Of a stretch of DNA of 64,000 nucleotides, positions 33,029 to 44,159 are shown piece by piece. The stretch is taken from positions 32,001 through 96,000 of the IMG/VR virus record IMGVR_UViG_3300020122_000155. One strand, written 5' to 3'. A program made the translations under genes and the position numbers. Position 1 is the stretch's first letter; each line of letters begins with the position of its first letter. This stretch comes from a virus. A model generated the notes under the pieces. That model saw nothing but the letters and a program-made list of their open reading frames with translations. It was not told where the DNA came from and made no database searches.

Positions 33029-36000
33029 GCGAACAAGGACTGCTGGTGCAGGTGATCGTCGTCTGTGCCCCGTTGGGAGCCGTGAGGATCGCCCGGAACT
33101 TCGCCGCCCCGCTCACGCCCGATAACGAGAAGCTGATCGGATAGGTCTTCAGGTTCGCGGGCTGCACCGGGCTCAAGCACGGGAAGCTCGCGCAAGTCCT
33201 AACCGCCTGATACGCGGGCTGCGTCGAGATTCCATCCATGAGCCCGTAATACTTTGGGCTGGCGACGTTACCAGGAACGGTCGCGTAGGACCCCGTGGGC
33301 GGATTGTAATCCGGTAATCCTCCTGAGTTCGTCCATGCCGCCCCGAATAGCGCATCCCCGAGAGTCTTGAAGCCAGTCGTACCCGACAGTCTATACGCCC
33401 ACGAGACGCCCCCGGCAGCTTCCTGCGCCGTCACACGTTCGCCGTAGGGCAAATTGCCGGAGTTACAGGGATACGGATTGGCGGATGGCGGCGAGCAGTT
33501 CACAAACCCCGCGCCCTGCCACACCCCCTGAGTCGCCGGGTTGTAGCCCACATTCGCGATCCAGTTGGCATTGTCCGAAGCGTACCCGGCCAGCAATCCC
33601 GACACCGTGTTGCTGCAATTCGTGGGCACCCCCGGCGAGGTACAAGCGGTCGCCAAGGACGCGATGGCAAAGCCTTCGGCCTCCAGCCCGCACATAAACG
33701 GCTGGCAGCCCCAACCGATATAGGGCACATCCGCGCCGCTGTTGAAGATCGCATATCCCTTGGCTCCTCCAGTCGTGCCTGAATAGTTCGCCGCGAGGTA
33801 CAGATTCGAATTCCCGGCCTTGTTGGATGCGAACGTTGCGGTGAACGTGGAGCCGGTTACCCCGGATGCTGTGACCAACTCGGTGTTGCTCCCATCCGCG
33901 TTCTGGCTGATGAGCGACACGCCGTTGGTGATCCCGGCCATGCTCGCGGGAGTGACTGTGCGAATGCCAGCTGTGATCGAAGCTGAAATGGTCGTTGGCG
34001 TTCCCGTTCCGAGGATCAGGTGCGTCGCGTCCTTGAACACTGGGATGTAGAACGCGGAATCCCCGACAGCATTGTTTGCCGGTCGCGTTCCGGGAGTTGG
34101 GAACATCCAAATCGTAGAAGTTGGTCCAAAGTTTCCGAAAGTTGTGCTTGTTCCCGTCACGTTAGGCGATCCGTTCACCACGCTCACCGAGGAGCCCGAG
34201 CCCCAGGAATTGCTGGTCCAGTAGAGAATCGGGAAATATGGGAATGCCCCATCCGCAGTATCTCTGGAGTTGGTAATGGCGTTATTCGTCACGTCCACCA
34301 ACGCTTGTCGGCATGTATTCGCGTAGGAGTTCGGATCAAACAAGGCACACTGCGCGACCCGGATCATGGCATAACCGAACTCTCTTTGATCGGTGTATAG
34401 ATCGGCGATCTGAGTCAATCCCGCCTGGGTCAGCTTCGCGATGTCCGTTCCGAACACGTACTCCAACCCGGTCCAATAGGAAGGCTGTCCATCGAGCGCG
34501 CGAAGAATCACGCCGGAGAGACCCAAAAGCCGCGAGGAGACCTGTCGCCCGGTCCCGTTTATCCCCGATGGATCGATTGTGGTTGTATACTCATCTCCGA
34601 GGTTGATAGCTGGTTGCCGGAACCATCGATCAGCGCGCGCTCTTGCTTGAGTAAGATCCGCCGCAAGACCGCTCTTAAAAGCCTTGTAATAGTCACCCAA
34701 AATGTTATCGTAGTAGTTCCCGTTGTTCTGAAAACTGTTGTAAGTGGGCCATGCTTGATTGTCGAGAGCGTACTGGACCCCGGACGAGGTTGGGTATCTC
34801 CATGCGAGTCCATTGGCCTGCTCGATCACCATGGAAGTATCCGAGTTGCAGCCCAGGATATTCAGTTGGTTCCGAATCGTCGGAAATGCCGTATTGGGCG
34901 CAGGCGTTGCGCTCCACGGCATGATGGTCATGTTGTTCTGAGCGATGTTCGCCGTCGTATAAGTTCCGATCACAAACCCAAGGAGCGCGTAGGCATTGTT
35001 CGCCACGGTTTGAATGGCGAGCGATCCGCTACCTCCGGTCGTAGCAGTCCTGATCTGAACCAATAAGCCGTTATAGGTTGGTGCGGCAATCCCAGTGCCG
35101 CCAATTGCGGTTTGAATATCTGCCCCTATCTGTGCCGGATTACGTGATCCGGTCGTTAGATTTACAGTGATCGGAGAGCCACCGTCAAAGACCAATTTGA
35201 GAACGTTGTTACTGCCCGTCACGGTGTACGTGTCGGCTGTGTGGATTCCGGCAGATATAGATGCCACGGCTCCTGCTTGCGCTGTCGGTTCTGTTGTTCC
35301 GCAAGCGCTTGTGAGGAATGTCGTTCCGCTCCCGACAAGGACGTATGAATTTTGAGTTGCCGTAACCGTTCCGGCTTGTGCGTAATCAAAAAATGCGATT
35401 CCGTTCTGGAAGACCGATCCGCCATTTATCGAGGAAGTCTGAAAGTCCTGTGCCCGAAGACTCTGCTGGAGTCCGTGGAGCGTGTCGAATAACGGCCAAT
35501 TAGCAACGGGACTCATCCACTTCTGGAGCGGCCCAAGCATGATGTCCGTGGCGGAGTTTGCGGGCAACGCCGCGCTGTTAATGGCGATATCGTTGGCATC
35601 GGTAGCCACCGTACCCATGTGCTGAGCAAGAACTCCAGTAGTTGGCGTCGCATCCGTAACGCTGAGTTGGAGGGTATAGTCCCCGGCAGTGAGCCCGTTC
35701 ACCGTCGCACTTGCGGAGGTCCGCCCGGTTACAATCGGTGGCGCGATTGGATAAGAGAGAAATTGCCAGAACTGATTGGGTATCGACGAGCTAGCATCCG
35801 CCTGAGTGAACGAGGAGGATGAAGATACGGTCTGAGGGTTTCCTGCCCTCCATGTAGTCTGGGAAAGCGTAATTACCGGAATCGGATTTTGATAAAGCGT
35901 GGTGCAATAGCTCGTAGCGGTAGACCCACACGTCCCGGACGGCGTTGATGCGTCCGACATAACCGCTGTCCAACCGTTCCCCGAGGCATCAGTAAACGAT

Positions 36001-36596
36001 CCATCGAATTTCCAGTGAACAAACCATGAGCCGGAGTTCAGCGGTCCAACATCTGCCGTTGCGGGCATCCTGGAATGCGGAGGAATCAGCGTGGTCCCGA
36101 AGCGGAAAAAATGGAACCGCTGAGTGGAAGTGTTTCCATTCTGAGCTAAGTAAATTCCGGCACTGTTCGATCCGGTAAAGCTAGTATATGCCTGTGCTTC
36201 AAAAAACTGCTCGACATTGTTTATGTCCCACGCCTCGCAGTAATCGGTCTTCGCCGTGCCAACCGAACCAGTATCATCGTGCATCAGGCGGACGTAGGCA
36301 TACCCGTTCACAAAGGATGCTATCGGGATGTCGCACACTCCCGGCCCCACGTCGCGAAGAAACGCGATGCGAATGTACGCGCCGCTGGAATAGTCTAGTT
36401 CTATTCCTATAGCGTTCAATTCCGCAAGCGCACCGCTTCCTGGGCTAGTGATGTCCGATAGTTCAAACTCGGCGATGATCGCCTGGGAAGTCGTCTGCGC
36501 GGTGATGGAGCCGTTTTCCACGCGCACATTGGATAGCTTAATGCCCTGTCCGGCGAAGGCTAAGGCGGAAGCCAGTAGGCCGAGTATAGTCTTCAT
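32916..36596 (-). CDS. Large signal-peptide fibre/adhesin-like protein (PKD/LamG-like segments)
   Basis: MKTILGLLASALAFA signal; HWKFDG..DASGNG; GLTAGDYTLQLSVTD. Confidence 0.75.
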   Translation of the reverse strand: MKTILGLLASALAFAGQGIKLSNVRVENGSITAQTTSQAIIAEFELSDITSPGSGALAELNAIGIELDYSSGAYIRIAFLRDVGPGVCDIPIASFVNGYAYVRLMHDDTGSVGTAKTDYCEAWDINNVEQFFEAQAYTSFTGSNSAGIYLAQNGNTSTQRFHFFRFGTTLIPPHSRMPATADVGPLNSGSWFVHWKFDGSFTDASGNGWTAVMSDASTPSGTCGSTATSYCTTLYQNPIPVITLSQTTWRAGNPQTVSSSSSFTQADASSSIPNQFWQFLSYPIAPPIVTGRTSASATVNGLTAGDYTLQLSVTDATPTTGVLAQHMGTVATDANDIAINSAALPANSATDIMLGPLQKWMSPVANWPLFDTLHGLQQSLRAQDFQTSSINGGSVFQNGIAFFDYAQAGTVTATQNSYVLVGSGTTFLTSACGTTEPTAQAGAVASISAGIHTADTYTVTGSNNVLKLVFDGGSPITVNLTTGSRNPAQIGADIQTAIGGTGIAAPTYNGLLVQIRTATTGGSGSLAIQTVANNAYALLGFVIGTYTTANIAQNNMTIMPWSATPAPNTAFPTIRNQLNILGCNSDTSMVIEQANGLAWRYPTSSGVQYALDNQAWPTYNSFQNNGNYYDNILGDYYKAFKSGLAADLTQARARADRWFRQPAINLGDEYTTTIDPSGINGTGRQVSSRLLGLSGVILRALDGQPSYWTGLEYVFGTDIAKLTQAGLTQIADLYTDQREFGYAMIRVAQCALFDPNSYANTCRQALVDVTNNAITNSRDTADGAFPYFPILYWTSNSWGSGSSVSVVNGSPNVTGTSTTFGNFGPTSTIWMFPTPGTRPANNAVGDSAFYIPVFKDATHLILGTGTPTTISASITAGIRTVTPASMAGITNGVSLISQNADGSNTELVTASGVTGSTFTATFASNKAGNSNLYLAANYSGTTGGAKGYAIFNSGADVPYIGWGCQPFMCGLEAEGFAIASLATACTSPGVPTNCSNTVSGLLAGYASDNANWIANVGYNPATQGVWQGAGFVNCSPPSANPYPCNSGNLPYGERVTAQEAAGGVSWAYRLSGTTGFKTLGDALFGAAWTNSGGLPDYNPPTGSYATVPGNVASPKYYGLMDGISTQPAYQAVRTCASFPCLSPVQPANLKTYPISFSLSGVSGAAKFRAILTAPNGAQTTITCTSSPCSLSGLDVRQGDYLLQTQYLTSGNAVLASGDQAKFPVSP

Positions 36597-37708
36597 AGTT
36601 GGGTCATCCTAAGATGACTGATGGGATTGTTCCCCGTCGATGAGTTGAAATCAATGCGAAATATCGTGGTAGCAAAATTGAAAGTTTGTGTCTGGTGCGA
36701 TAGCGGCCAAAAGTTAACCCCGGCATTCGCAGACCATACCGAGCCCCAAGCATCTGCGAGACTAGCCGAGCCTATGGTTACTGAAATTGTGAAGAGCGCA
36801 GTGGTTGTGTCCTTTAGCGTGATGTTTGGAACTGACGGATTTGCAGGATCTCCAAAGGCTCCATCGATTTTCCAATATCCAGCGGCGGGTAAATCACAAC
36901 GCCACGTTGCGGTAGTGCTGGCTGCAAGGTAACTCATACCTTGCAGCCGGTTGTCGCCACTGAGGTTATTGGCTCGATTTACAGAGGCTACCGATGCTCC
37001 GCCCGTTTCCCATCCGCATACCATCGACTGATTATTGGCATTTGTGAATATGTGAGGATAGGCCATTGTTCCCAGGGTAGTTTGGTCTGTAGCATAGACC
37101 GCAAAGCCCTCTTCTCTAACAGTTCCTCCGGGTCCTCCTCCGAGGGTCGCGCTGGAACGGAAGTCGAACCCAAAGTCCAACTTTGTTCCACCCACGCTTC
37201 CATTGGAAGCCGCCGTGATCCGGCCTTTGGCGTCCACTGTCAGGTTGGTGCTGGTATAACTCCCTGGAGTAACAGCAGTGTTCGCCAGCGTAATCGCCTG
37301 CGATCCACTGCCGGGTCCTGCCGTAGCGTCTCCAGTAAGCTGAGTGATCCCGCTGCCACTCGTCTGCGGGTTTTGAAGCTGGAATTGAGTGCCATCTGGG
37401 ATGACGCACATCCATGTACTCGCCTTGATATCATTAGCGACTAGCGCGACCGTTCCATTTTTAGTGATAGCAGTAGCCGTCAACGTCCCGTTTGGGGTCG
37501 TAATGGCCAAAGTTGGAGCCGCTCCCGTATTCGCTGCGCTTGCCTTCCAGCACACTTGCGGTTGGCCGGATGACAGCGAATAAGGCTGCGTGATGGTTAC
37601 AGTCTGCGCTTGAGCGGTGCCGCCACCTGTGCCATAGAAAGAAATTAGGCCGGGAGTGGATTGTGCTAACGCCAACGACGAAGCGATCAAAAAGAGTATG
37701 GTCTTCAT
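36593..37708 (-). CDS. Signal-peptide tail-fibre-like protein
   Basis: MKTILFLIASSLALA signal; LTGDAT...VTPGSYT...TVDAKGRITAASNG fibre repeat. Confidence 0.8.
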   Translation of the reverse strand: MKTILFLIASSLALAQSTPGLISFYGTGGGTAQAQTVTITQPYSLSSGQPQVCWKASAANTGAAPTLAITTPNGTLTATAITKNGTVALVANDIKASTWMCVIPDGTQFQLQNPQTSGSGITQLTGDATAGPGSGSQAITLANTAVTPGSYTSTNLTVDAKGRITAASNGSVGGTKLDFGFDFRSSATLGGGPGGTVREEGFAVYATDQTTLGTMAYPHIFTNANNQSMVCGWETGGASVASVNRANNLSGDNRLQGMSYLAASTTATWRCDLPAAGYWKIDGAFGDPANPSVPNITLKDTTTALFTISVTIGSASLADAWGSVWSANAGVNFWPLSHQTQTFNFATTIFRIDFNSSTGNNPISHLRMTQL

Positions 37709-37711
37709 AAA

Positions 37712-40700
37712 TTATTTAGCGACGGCAGAACCTAGAACCTTTCCGCTTCCAAGGCGCACGCTTCCGCCGCCTGTCACCGAGCCAGATAATGGTGTAAACG
37801 CCGAACCATTCCATGCCCTTGCATAGAGTTGCTGAGTGCTGGAACCCCAGTCCTGTTCGTTAAATGCAACCACTGGCTGAGAATTGTAGTAGGCAAGAGA
37901 AGCCCGCTGAACGGACCCGTAAAGAGCATCAGCGTTAAATGCAGTCCCCAGAAGCGCCCAGGAGGAAGTGAATTTCGCCACATATCCCTGAGCCCGTTCT
38001 TCTGAGGGCTCCCCGCTTACATAAGCATGAGGAGGTTGATATTCCACCCAAGCAACATATAGATTCGTACCGTCGCTTGCAATAGACGGATGAAAGGCCC
38101 AACCATTGCCGTTCGGGTCCTGGTTAATCGATCCGCTCCCGACCGTCGCCCACGCCCCGGCTGATACTTTTCGCACCCAAAGTTGGGCATTCCCGGCGAG
38201 CGTTCGTTCGGTAAAGGCTACATATGGCGTCCCGGAGACATAGATCAGCGACGGGTCGATGGCGTAGTTGTTTGCGTTTACATTTGCGATTCCTCCGCCC
38301 TGCACTGTCCATGCCGAACTGATATAGCAGGAAAGATGAACCTTGGCTTGCCCTGAGGTGATCAGATCGCCATTATCGACCGTATAGTCGGCCCAAGTCA
38401 CGCATGGGTGTGTTCCGTCGCTTGCAATTGCGTAATTCGGAGAGGCGGCGGTTCCGGTTGCATTTAGCGCTCCGCTGCCGACAAGCGTCCAGGCGCTTCC
38501 ACTCCAGGAGTATACAAAAATTTGGTTGTGCGACGGCGGGGAGTTAGCTGTCGGAGTTTCAAACGTGGCCGCATAGGCCGTTCCACCAACGTCGGTAAAT
38601 TGAATCCCTCCAGCACCTCCTGTCGAACTGGATTCGATCGCGAATGGTGCCGCGCAGTTCACACTAAAAGACGTACCGCTCGCTTGTGTCGCGAAGAGTA
38701 ATCGGTTATTGCCCTGCGTTCCGTAGGTTCCCAGCCACCACACACCGCCAGCATAGGCAATTGTGGAATTATGCCACAGTCCGCCAGTCCCGCAGGAGCC
38801 GCTGAATGTAACCGTCCATGTTGTCCATGAAGATCCATTCCAAGAGTCAACATATGATGTGGGAAACGGGGTTTGCGCGCCGACGTTAAATGGATCAGAT
38901 AATTCGGAGCGGGATATATTGAGCAAGCTGTTGCCCGTCGAGGTCATAGGCTTCTGAGCCCAACCGTTCGTTGTAGTGGTTCGCGATCCCGTCTGCACTT
39001 CACTAACGAACGGATTGACGGCACTGACGATATTTCCTCCAACCGCTCCAGGAGAAGCGCCGAGGGTGATGCCAGGAGACGGTCCGGTGCCTCCGTAACG
39101 ATAGAAATAGGTTGCTGCAAAATTCTGGCTGGCGGTAAAGGACGGCGAGTCGGCGTAGAACGCACACGACCCCGTGTTGCATGGAGGACTCACCAGGATG
39201 TGTATGTTGTGAACCGGATCATACGTCATGCCTTCCCACGGTGCGGCTGTATATACACTGGGCGTTGTCCCGCTGGGACTAAGCTGCGTCCACGCTGGAG
39301 AGGCGAGATTCATTGCCCAAAGATCCGTTACTATGCCGGTGCCACTGGATTCTCCGCAACTGCTTGCCTGACCTGCGCAGGCCCCACCGAATAAAAGCAG
39401 CACGTTATTGGTCGTGTCAATATCAATAGCTGCCCAACCGCGCCCGCTTGGAGGCGTGCCTGTTGGTTGAAGTTGTGTCCACGTCCAAGTGCTTGCCGAG
39501 TAGCACAGCTTGTATAACCCGTTTAAAAAATTCCCAGCGCCGGTAGTTCCGCCAAACAGATATCCACATCCGTCGCCGGAATTGTAAGCGGTGGCCGTTG
39601 AGAATAGCAATCCAGGATCGGCATCGCAAGCACCGCCCCCAGCTTTGGTGCAGGCTGGAGATTGAGAAGTCCATGTATTTGACGTGATATTCCAGTTCCA
39701 CACGCCACGACCGCCAGTCATCATCGTATAGGCTCCGTAACTGGGAATGAATTGAGACGATGGTTCAGCCGGGCGATCCGGGGATACGGTCGCTCCACTG
39801 GTCGAAAATGTTTGCTTCTCCAGACCTATTTGTGATCCGAGATCGTAAAGCCAAGTGCGGTAAATCCCCTCAAATCCACTTGACCCGGAACCACAACACC
39901 AGCCCTCATGTGTATGGTTTGCGGTGTCGTAAGTTAACCAGAATCCGTCCTGGTGTCCGCTCTCCGGGAAGTGCTCATCGTGGTATGGCTCTGTACGTGC
40001 CATAAGCATCCAGTTGTTTAGTTCGTAATCATAGGCGAACACCGCATTGTTTGCTTCGCTATTCGCATCGTGATAGTTGCCCCAAAAGATGAGCTTGCTT
40101 AGATCTGGATTCCATGTTTGCTTGGTCCAGCCAGGATTTCCGATGGGGACGCCATGGGTTTGCATCGTGTACCAAGTATTATTGGCGAGAGACGCCCACG
40201 CCTTGACCATGAAGTTCGCTGCGGTAAGATTTGTCTGTCCTCCGCAAGCGCTCGATGCTACGGTGATGGTCTGCGTGGTGCCGCTGGGGGCCGGGAGGCC
40301 GGTTACTTCCGTAGCCGCCCACCAGTTCTGCTGTGTCGCGGGGTTTCCAATCCAGGTATTAGTGCCGGGGTCGAACCCGATGTTCTCGACCAAGGAAAGA
40401 GCGCTGGATGTAGCGCATTTCAGACGGTAAGCCGTGGCACCAGGGGGGACGTTAATGTTCACACTATAGGTCGTGGTCCCGGTAACGCTTGTGATTTTGG
40501 CCAGCACGAGAGACTGTCCCGATGTGGCTGGTGCTGCCGTCCCGACGTTCGCGATCACATTTAGCACCTGTGCGAACTGGTAATTGTTGAAGTCGTCAAC
40601 GTTTCCGTCCGCCAAGACCCGTTGATAGGCCGTGAGAAACTTGTCCTTCCAGATCGAGACGGACCCATTGTAGAGGTTCTGGAAATAGTATCGATTCACG

Positions 40701-43381
40701 GTCGTTTCAATCCCGTTGTTCGGGGTCGGAGTGTAATAATCGAAGGTATTCCCGGTTGCAGCACATCCGCGAGGGACATTGTTCGCAGCGTCAATTGCGA
40801 GATAGTAGCGGGCTCCTTGAGTAGCCCAGGACCCGGTTCCATCCTGATAATAGTCTTCGGTCAGTTCAAACTGGCTGGTCCCATAGATCAAGTCGAATGC
40901 CTCTGTGTAATATGTCCAACCGGACCCGAGTTCGTTTCTCAGTTCCCAAAGCCCCCCCTCAAGAATGTCCTGCTGAAACGCACCCGCTATCCGGTACGGA
41001 GAGGCATTTGCGCAGATCGCCGAGCCTTCCGCTGTGGTGACGTTCTGATAAGTCCCTTGCTGCATTCCACGGAGGCGGCTCACTCCCGCTTGATAGTTGT
41101 CCGCCGATCCGACGATGCAACCAGGAGGGTTCGTCCCTCCAGGAACAGCTACACAAAGATCCGGGTGGACTTGTTTCGTATAAACATTCTGGCCTTGCGT
41201 GGATACACCCGCCGCATCGGTAGAGTCACCCACTGAAGTCAGGAAGTTATGCGCTCGCGCTGCCCAGGAGGAGGCCACCCCGACTGAGCGCGGGTTGATA
41301 TACCCGCCCTTATTCCCGTAGAGACCGGACCATGAACTGCTATAGAGATCAAGCGCCCCGGCTGATGCCCCGACCGTGGACGTACCCACCGGAGAAATAG
41401 CATCATGAACATTCTCATCGCCAGTCAGGTAGTAGTAATCGAAGATCCCGTAAGCGTGGCAGTGCTCCTGCCCGCAGAAGTCCCACCGTCCCGACCAACC
41501 ACCAGGATAGACTTGGGCTGCATTGGTCGGGGTGAACAGATTCGGATAGCCCCGCTGGTCAATATCGCCAGTGTGCGATGACCATTGATCTCCGAGAAGG
41601 TAAGGGAAGCTAGTACACGCCACGAATCGATACCACTGCGCGGCGTTGATATAAGATCCGCCCCATCCTCTACGGATGAAATTAAGCAGTTCAGACCAGT
41701 GAAACTCGATTTGATTCCCGCCTCCGCCGCCTTCCCATGAATAGTAAAGATACGCCAGAATCGGATAGTTCGAGTTTCCGTCCGTGCCGAGATCGCGCCC
41801 AGTGAAGGATGCGCTAAAAGAGGGCTTCTGAGGGGCGAATGTAGCGAAGAAATTATCCTCCACGGACGGCGCAACTAGCGCCCAATCGTTCTGGGTGGTG
41901 AGCGCGGCAGTTGTGTTGTACCACGTATACGCCGCGTGCCCGATCAAGGGAAGCTCGAAGGATAGGAAGTCATTAGCTGCAGACGATGGAAGAGAGGTGA
42001 AAAACTCCAGAAACGTATCGGACATTTTGCGTTCCTGCCATGCCTGATAGTAAAAACTCGTTCCTGTCCCTGGCCCTCCTGTTGGGTTTCCATTCTCACT
42101 GGCAAAAATACCAATCCGCACATCCGCCCCGCCGTTGTCGAACTCCAGAGAGCGAGGGCCATATGCCGCCATCTGATTCGAGCCGACAACCATGCCGACA
42201 TTACTGGAGTTGTAAATCTCGCCCCATCCGGCAGGATAGGCAGACGTGCCGCCTGATGCTGTTGTACTTCCTCCATTACGGACCAGATAGCCGGTGTCGG
42301 GGGTGTAGGCGGCGGGCAGCGCTACGGTGCCATTGGTCATGAAGTTGGACTGACCTTGGTACATGTACACGTTTGTCGTGCTGCTGACCGTCCCCGAGCA
42401 CACGCCGGAAGTGCAAGCCGTGGGATCGGCTCCGAATTTCCAGTTCAACGTACCACTGATATTTGGGGTGATCTTCAGTTCATATGCGGCCATGCCCTTG
42501 AACGCGCTGGTGAGATTAGCGGTCGCGGAATACCCTCCATTTAGAATCGTGTTTGTAACCCGGACCCACTGCTTGCCATAGTAGAAATAGAGTCGCACGA
42601 CGAAAGTAGTATATGGATTCCCGCTCCCATCCTTCATCGTTCCGGTGATTCTGATAACCGCTTTCGCTGGACCGTTCTCCTCGATAGTTGCGGTGGAGGA
42701 TGTGTCATTAGTCGAGGCGTAGACCGTCGTGCAGGTGCCACAGGCGCTGTTTCCCGCCGAGGGGCCGTGGAGCACGAGGCCTGCCGACGCGCCGGATGAA
42801 ACAACCGTGGTGGAACCTATTTGCACCTGATGGATGATGTCAGTAGAGGCTTTGAGAATCGTGAAACAGATCGCCGAGCCCGCGCCGCATGTCCCACCAT
42901 TGGTTGAGACTGTAATCGTGGTTCCATTGTCAGTCGCTATCGTTCCCGATCCGCCAAAGTTTCCTGAGCCAGTATTGACGAGGGTATAGGACGTGTTGAC
43001 CGCACCAGCGCTTACGCTTGCCTGAGTGTCTACCTCAACCCACTTGATATTGGTAGAGGCAGAACATGAAGTCGCAGGAGTGCCGGTCGGCGTTCCGCCG
43101 CCCCAGCAGGAAAGCACGCGGAACTGGCCAATCGATGCCCCGGTGATCCCGAGGCCAGAAGTAGAGTTGATGCCGTCTGCACCATTCGTAAGCGGAACGC
43201 CAAATGTCACCGGGTCATTTGTGCGAGCAATTCCCCCTCTCGTGGTGAAGGAGGGAGCGGTCGTGTTGGTAACCGTGCCGGTCGGATCTCCAGGATAGAG
43301 CGCTTCCTGGATGGTCAACTGTTGGCTGATCGTAGCAGCAAATAGAGGAAGTGCGAGCAGGAAGGAAAGTATTTTCTTCAT
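37712..43381 (-). CDS. 1889-aa signal-peptide protein with a PcRGLX/YetA-like N terminus and Kelch/beta-propeller repeats (putative receptor-binding or depolymerase protein)
   Basis: PVTFGVPL..QFRVL..W...IKW; YLFGG / LLFGG...DLW...WTQL Kelch motifs. Confidence 0.7.
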   Translation of the reverse strand: MKKILSFLLALPLFAATISQQLTIQEALYPGDPTGTVTNTTAPSFTTRGGIARTNDPVTFGVPLTNGADGINSTSGLGITGASIGQFRVLSCWGGGTPTGTPATSCSASTNIKWVEVDTQASVSAGAVNTSYTLVNTGSGNFGGSGTIATDNGTTITVSTNGGTCGAGSAICFTILKASTDIIHQVQIGSTTVVSSGASAGLVLHGPSAGNSACGTCTTVYASTNDTSSTATIEENGPAKAVIRITGTMKDGSGNPYTTFVVRLYFYYGKQWVRVTNTILNGGYSATANLTSAFKGMAAYELKITPNISGTLNWKFGADPTACTSGVCSGTVSSTTNVYMYQGQSNFMTNGTVALPAAYTPDTGYLVRNGGSTTASGGTSAYPAGWGEIYNSSNVGMVVGSNQMAAYGPRSLEFDNGGADVRIGIFASENGNPTGGPGTGTSFYYQAWQERKMSDTFLEFFTSLPSSAANDFLSFELPLIGHAAYTWYNTTAALTTQNDWALVAPSVEDNFFATFAPQKPSFSASFTGRDLGTDGNSNYPILAYLYYSWEGGGGGNQIEFHWSELLNFIRRGWGGSYINAAQWYRFVACTSFPYLLGDQWSSHTGDIDQRGYPNLFTPTNAAQVYPGGWSGRWDFCGQEHCHAYGIFDYYYLTGDENVHDAISPVGTSTVGASAGALDLYSSSWSGLYGNKGGYINPRSVGVASSWAARAHNFLTSVGDSTDAAGVSTQGQNVYTKQVHPDLCVAVPGGTNPPGCIVGSADNYQAGVSRLRGMQQGTYQNVTTAEGSAICANASPYRIAGAFQQDILEGGLWELRNELGSGWTYYTEAFDLIYGTSQFELTEDYYQDGTGSWATQGARYYLAIDAANNVPRGCAATGNTFDYYTPTPNNGIETTVNRYYFQNLYNGSVSIWKDKFLTAYQRVLADGNVDDFNNYQFAQVLNVIANVGTAAPATSGQSLVLAKITSVTGTTTYSVNINVPPGATAYRLKCATSSALSLVENIGFDPGTNTWIGNPATQQNWWAATEVTGLPAPSGTTQTITVASSACGGQTNLTAANFMVKAWASLANNTWYTMQTHGVPIGNPGWTKQTWNPDLSKLIFWGNYHDANSEANNAVFAYDYELNNWMLMARTEPYHDEHFPESGHQDGFWLTYDTANHTHEGWCCGSGSSGFEGIYRTWLYDLGSQIGLEKQTFSTSGATVSPDRPAEPSSQFIPSYGAYTMMTGGRGVWNWNITSNTWTSQSPACTKAGGGACDADPGLLFSTATAYNSGDGCGYLFGGTTGAGNFLNGLYKLCYSASTWTWTQLQPTGTPPSGRGWAAIDIDTTNNVLLLFGGACAGQASSCGESSGTGIVTDLWAMNLASPAWTQLSPSGTTPSVYTAAPWEGMTYDPVHNIHILVSPPCNTGSCAFYADSPSFTASQNFAATYFYRYGGTGPSPGITLGASPGAVGGNIVSAVNPFVSEVQTGSRTTTTNGWAQKPMTSTGNSLLNISRSELSDPFNVGAQTPFPTSYVDSWNGSSWTTWTVTFSGSCGTGGLWHNSTIAYAGGVWWLGTYGTQGNNRLLFATQASGTSFSVNCAAPFAIESSSTGGAGGIQFTDVGGTAYAATFETPTANSPPSHNQIFVYSWSGSAWTLVGSGALNATGTAASPNYAIASDGTHPCVTWADYTVDNGDLITSGQAKVHLSCYISSAWTVQGGGIANVNANNYAIDPSLIYVSGTPYVAFTERTLAGNAQLWVRKVSAGAWATVGSGSINQDPNGNGWAFHPSIASDGTNLYVAWVEYQPPHAYVSGEPSEERAQGYVAKFTSSWALLGTAFNADALYGSVQRASLAYYNSQPVVAFNEQDWGSSTQQLYARAWNGSAFTPLSGSVTGGGSVRLGSGKVLGSAVAK

Positions 43382-44157
43382 GGCTTGTAAGCGGCGATGA
43401 CGCCATAGACAGAGGTATTACCTGTCGTCGTTCCGGCAGCGGTAAATGTTCCAGAACTGGTAGCAATCTGGTGCCAAGTCACCATCTCATGAGCGCCACC
43501 ATCAGTGACGGTATTATCTAGACCAAAAGGAGCTGTGACAGTGTAGGTATTAGAGAAGGCAAGCTGGTGTGAGAATCCAAGAACTAGATCATTAGAAACA
43601 GCAGCGGAATTGCTAGGGCCAATTGACCAGCCGAACGGACTACTACCGCTGACGGCCACGCCGAAGTCAAGTGCGGCCCCATCTGGTGCACAGTGATTGG
43701 TGCCGCAGGTATATTCGCCAACTTCAGCAACAGTATAGGTGGTGCCACCCGTAAACGTTATCGTGATCGCATGGCTTGTTCCACCGCTGATATTGGAAGC
43801 TCGATAAATTGCTCCTGTTCCCTGTGCTCCTGCATTGCTGGCAGGGCCATAATCCGTTACCCAGGTATTACAGGGAGAAGCACACCCAGTATGCGTATCC
43901 GCAATCGACCAAGGGAGTTTCGCGCTTGGATCTGACGAGTTGTAGTAATCCACGATCTTAATGATGATCGTATTCCCGGAGGTCGTAGAACTGCCGAATG
44001 TCAAAGTGATTGACGCTGCGGGGAAGGTGTTGCCAGTCTGAAGTTGCACCTGAGTAATGGACCCGCCGCCTCCACCCAATACATTCCCGCCCGGACCGGG
44101 AATGCGAACCTGTGCAAATACAGATAAACAGATGATCAATCCTAGGATAATCCTCAT
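43378..44157 (-). CDS. Signal-peptide fibre-tip-like protein
   Basis: MRIILGLIICLSVFA-QVRIPGPGG; T/G/S-rich beta sequence. Confidence 0.7.
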   Translation of the reverse strand: MRIILGLIICLSVFAQVRIPGPGGNVLGGGGGSITQVQLQTGNTFPAASITLTFGSSTTSGNTIIIKIVDYYNSSDPSAKLPWSIADTHTGCASPCNTWVTDYGPASNAGAQGTGAIYRASNISGGTSHAITITFTGGTTYTVAEVGEYTCGTNHCAPDGAALDFGVAVSGSSPFGWSIGPSNSAAVSNDLVLGFSHQLAFSNTYTVTAPFGLDNTVTDGGAHEMVTWHQIATSSGTFTAAGTTTGNTSVYGVIAAYKP

Positions 44158-44159
44158 AG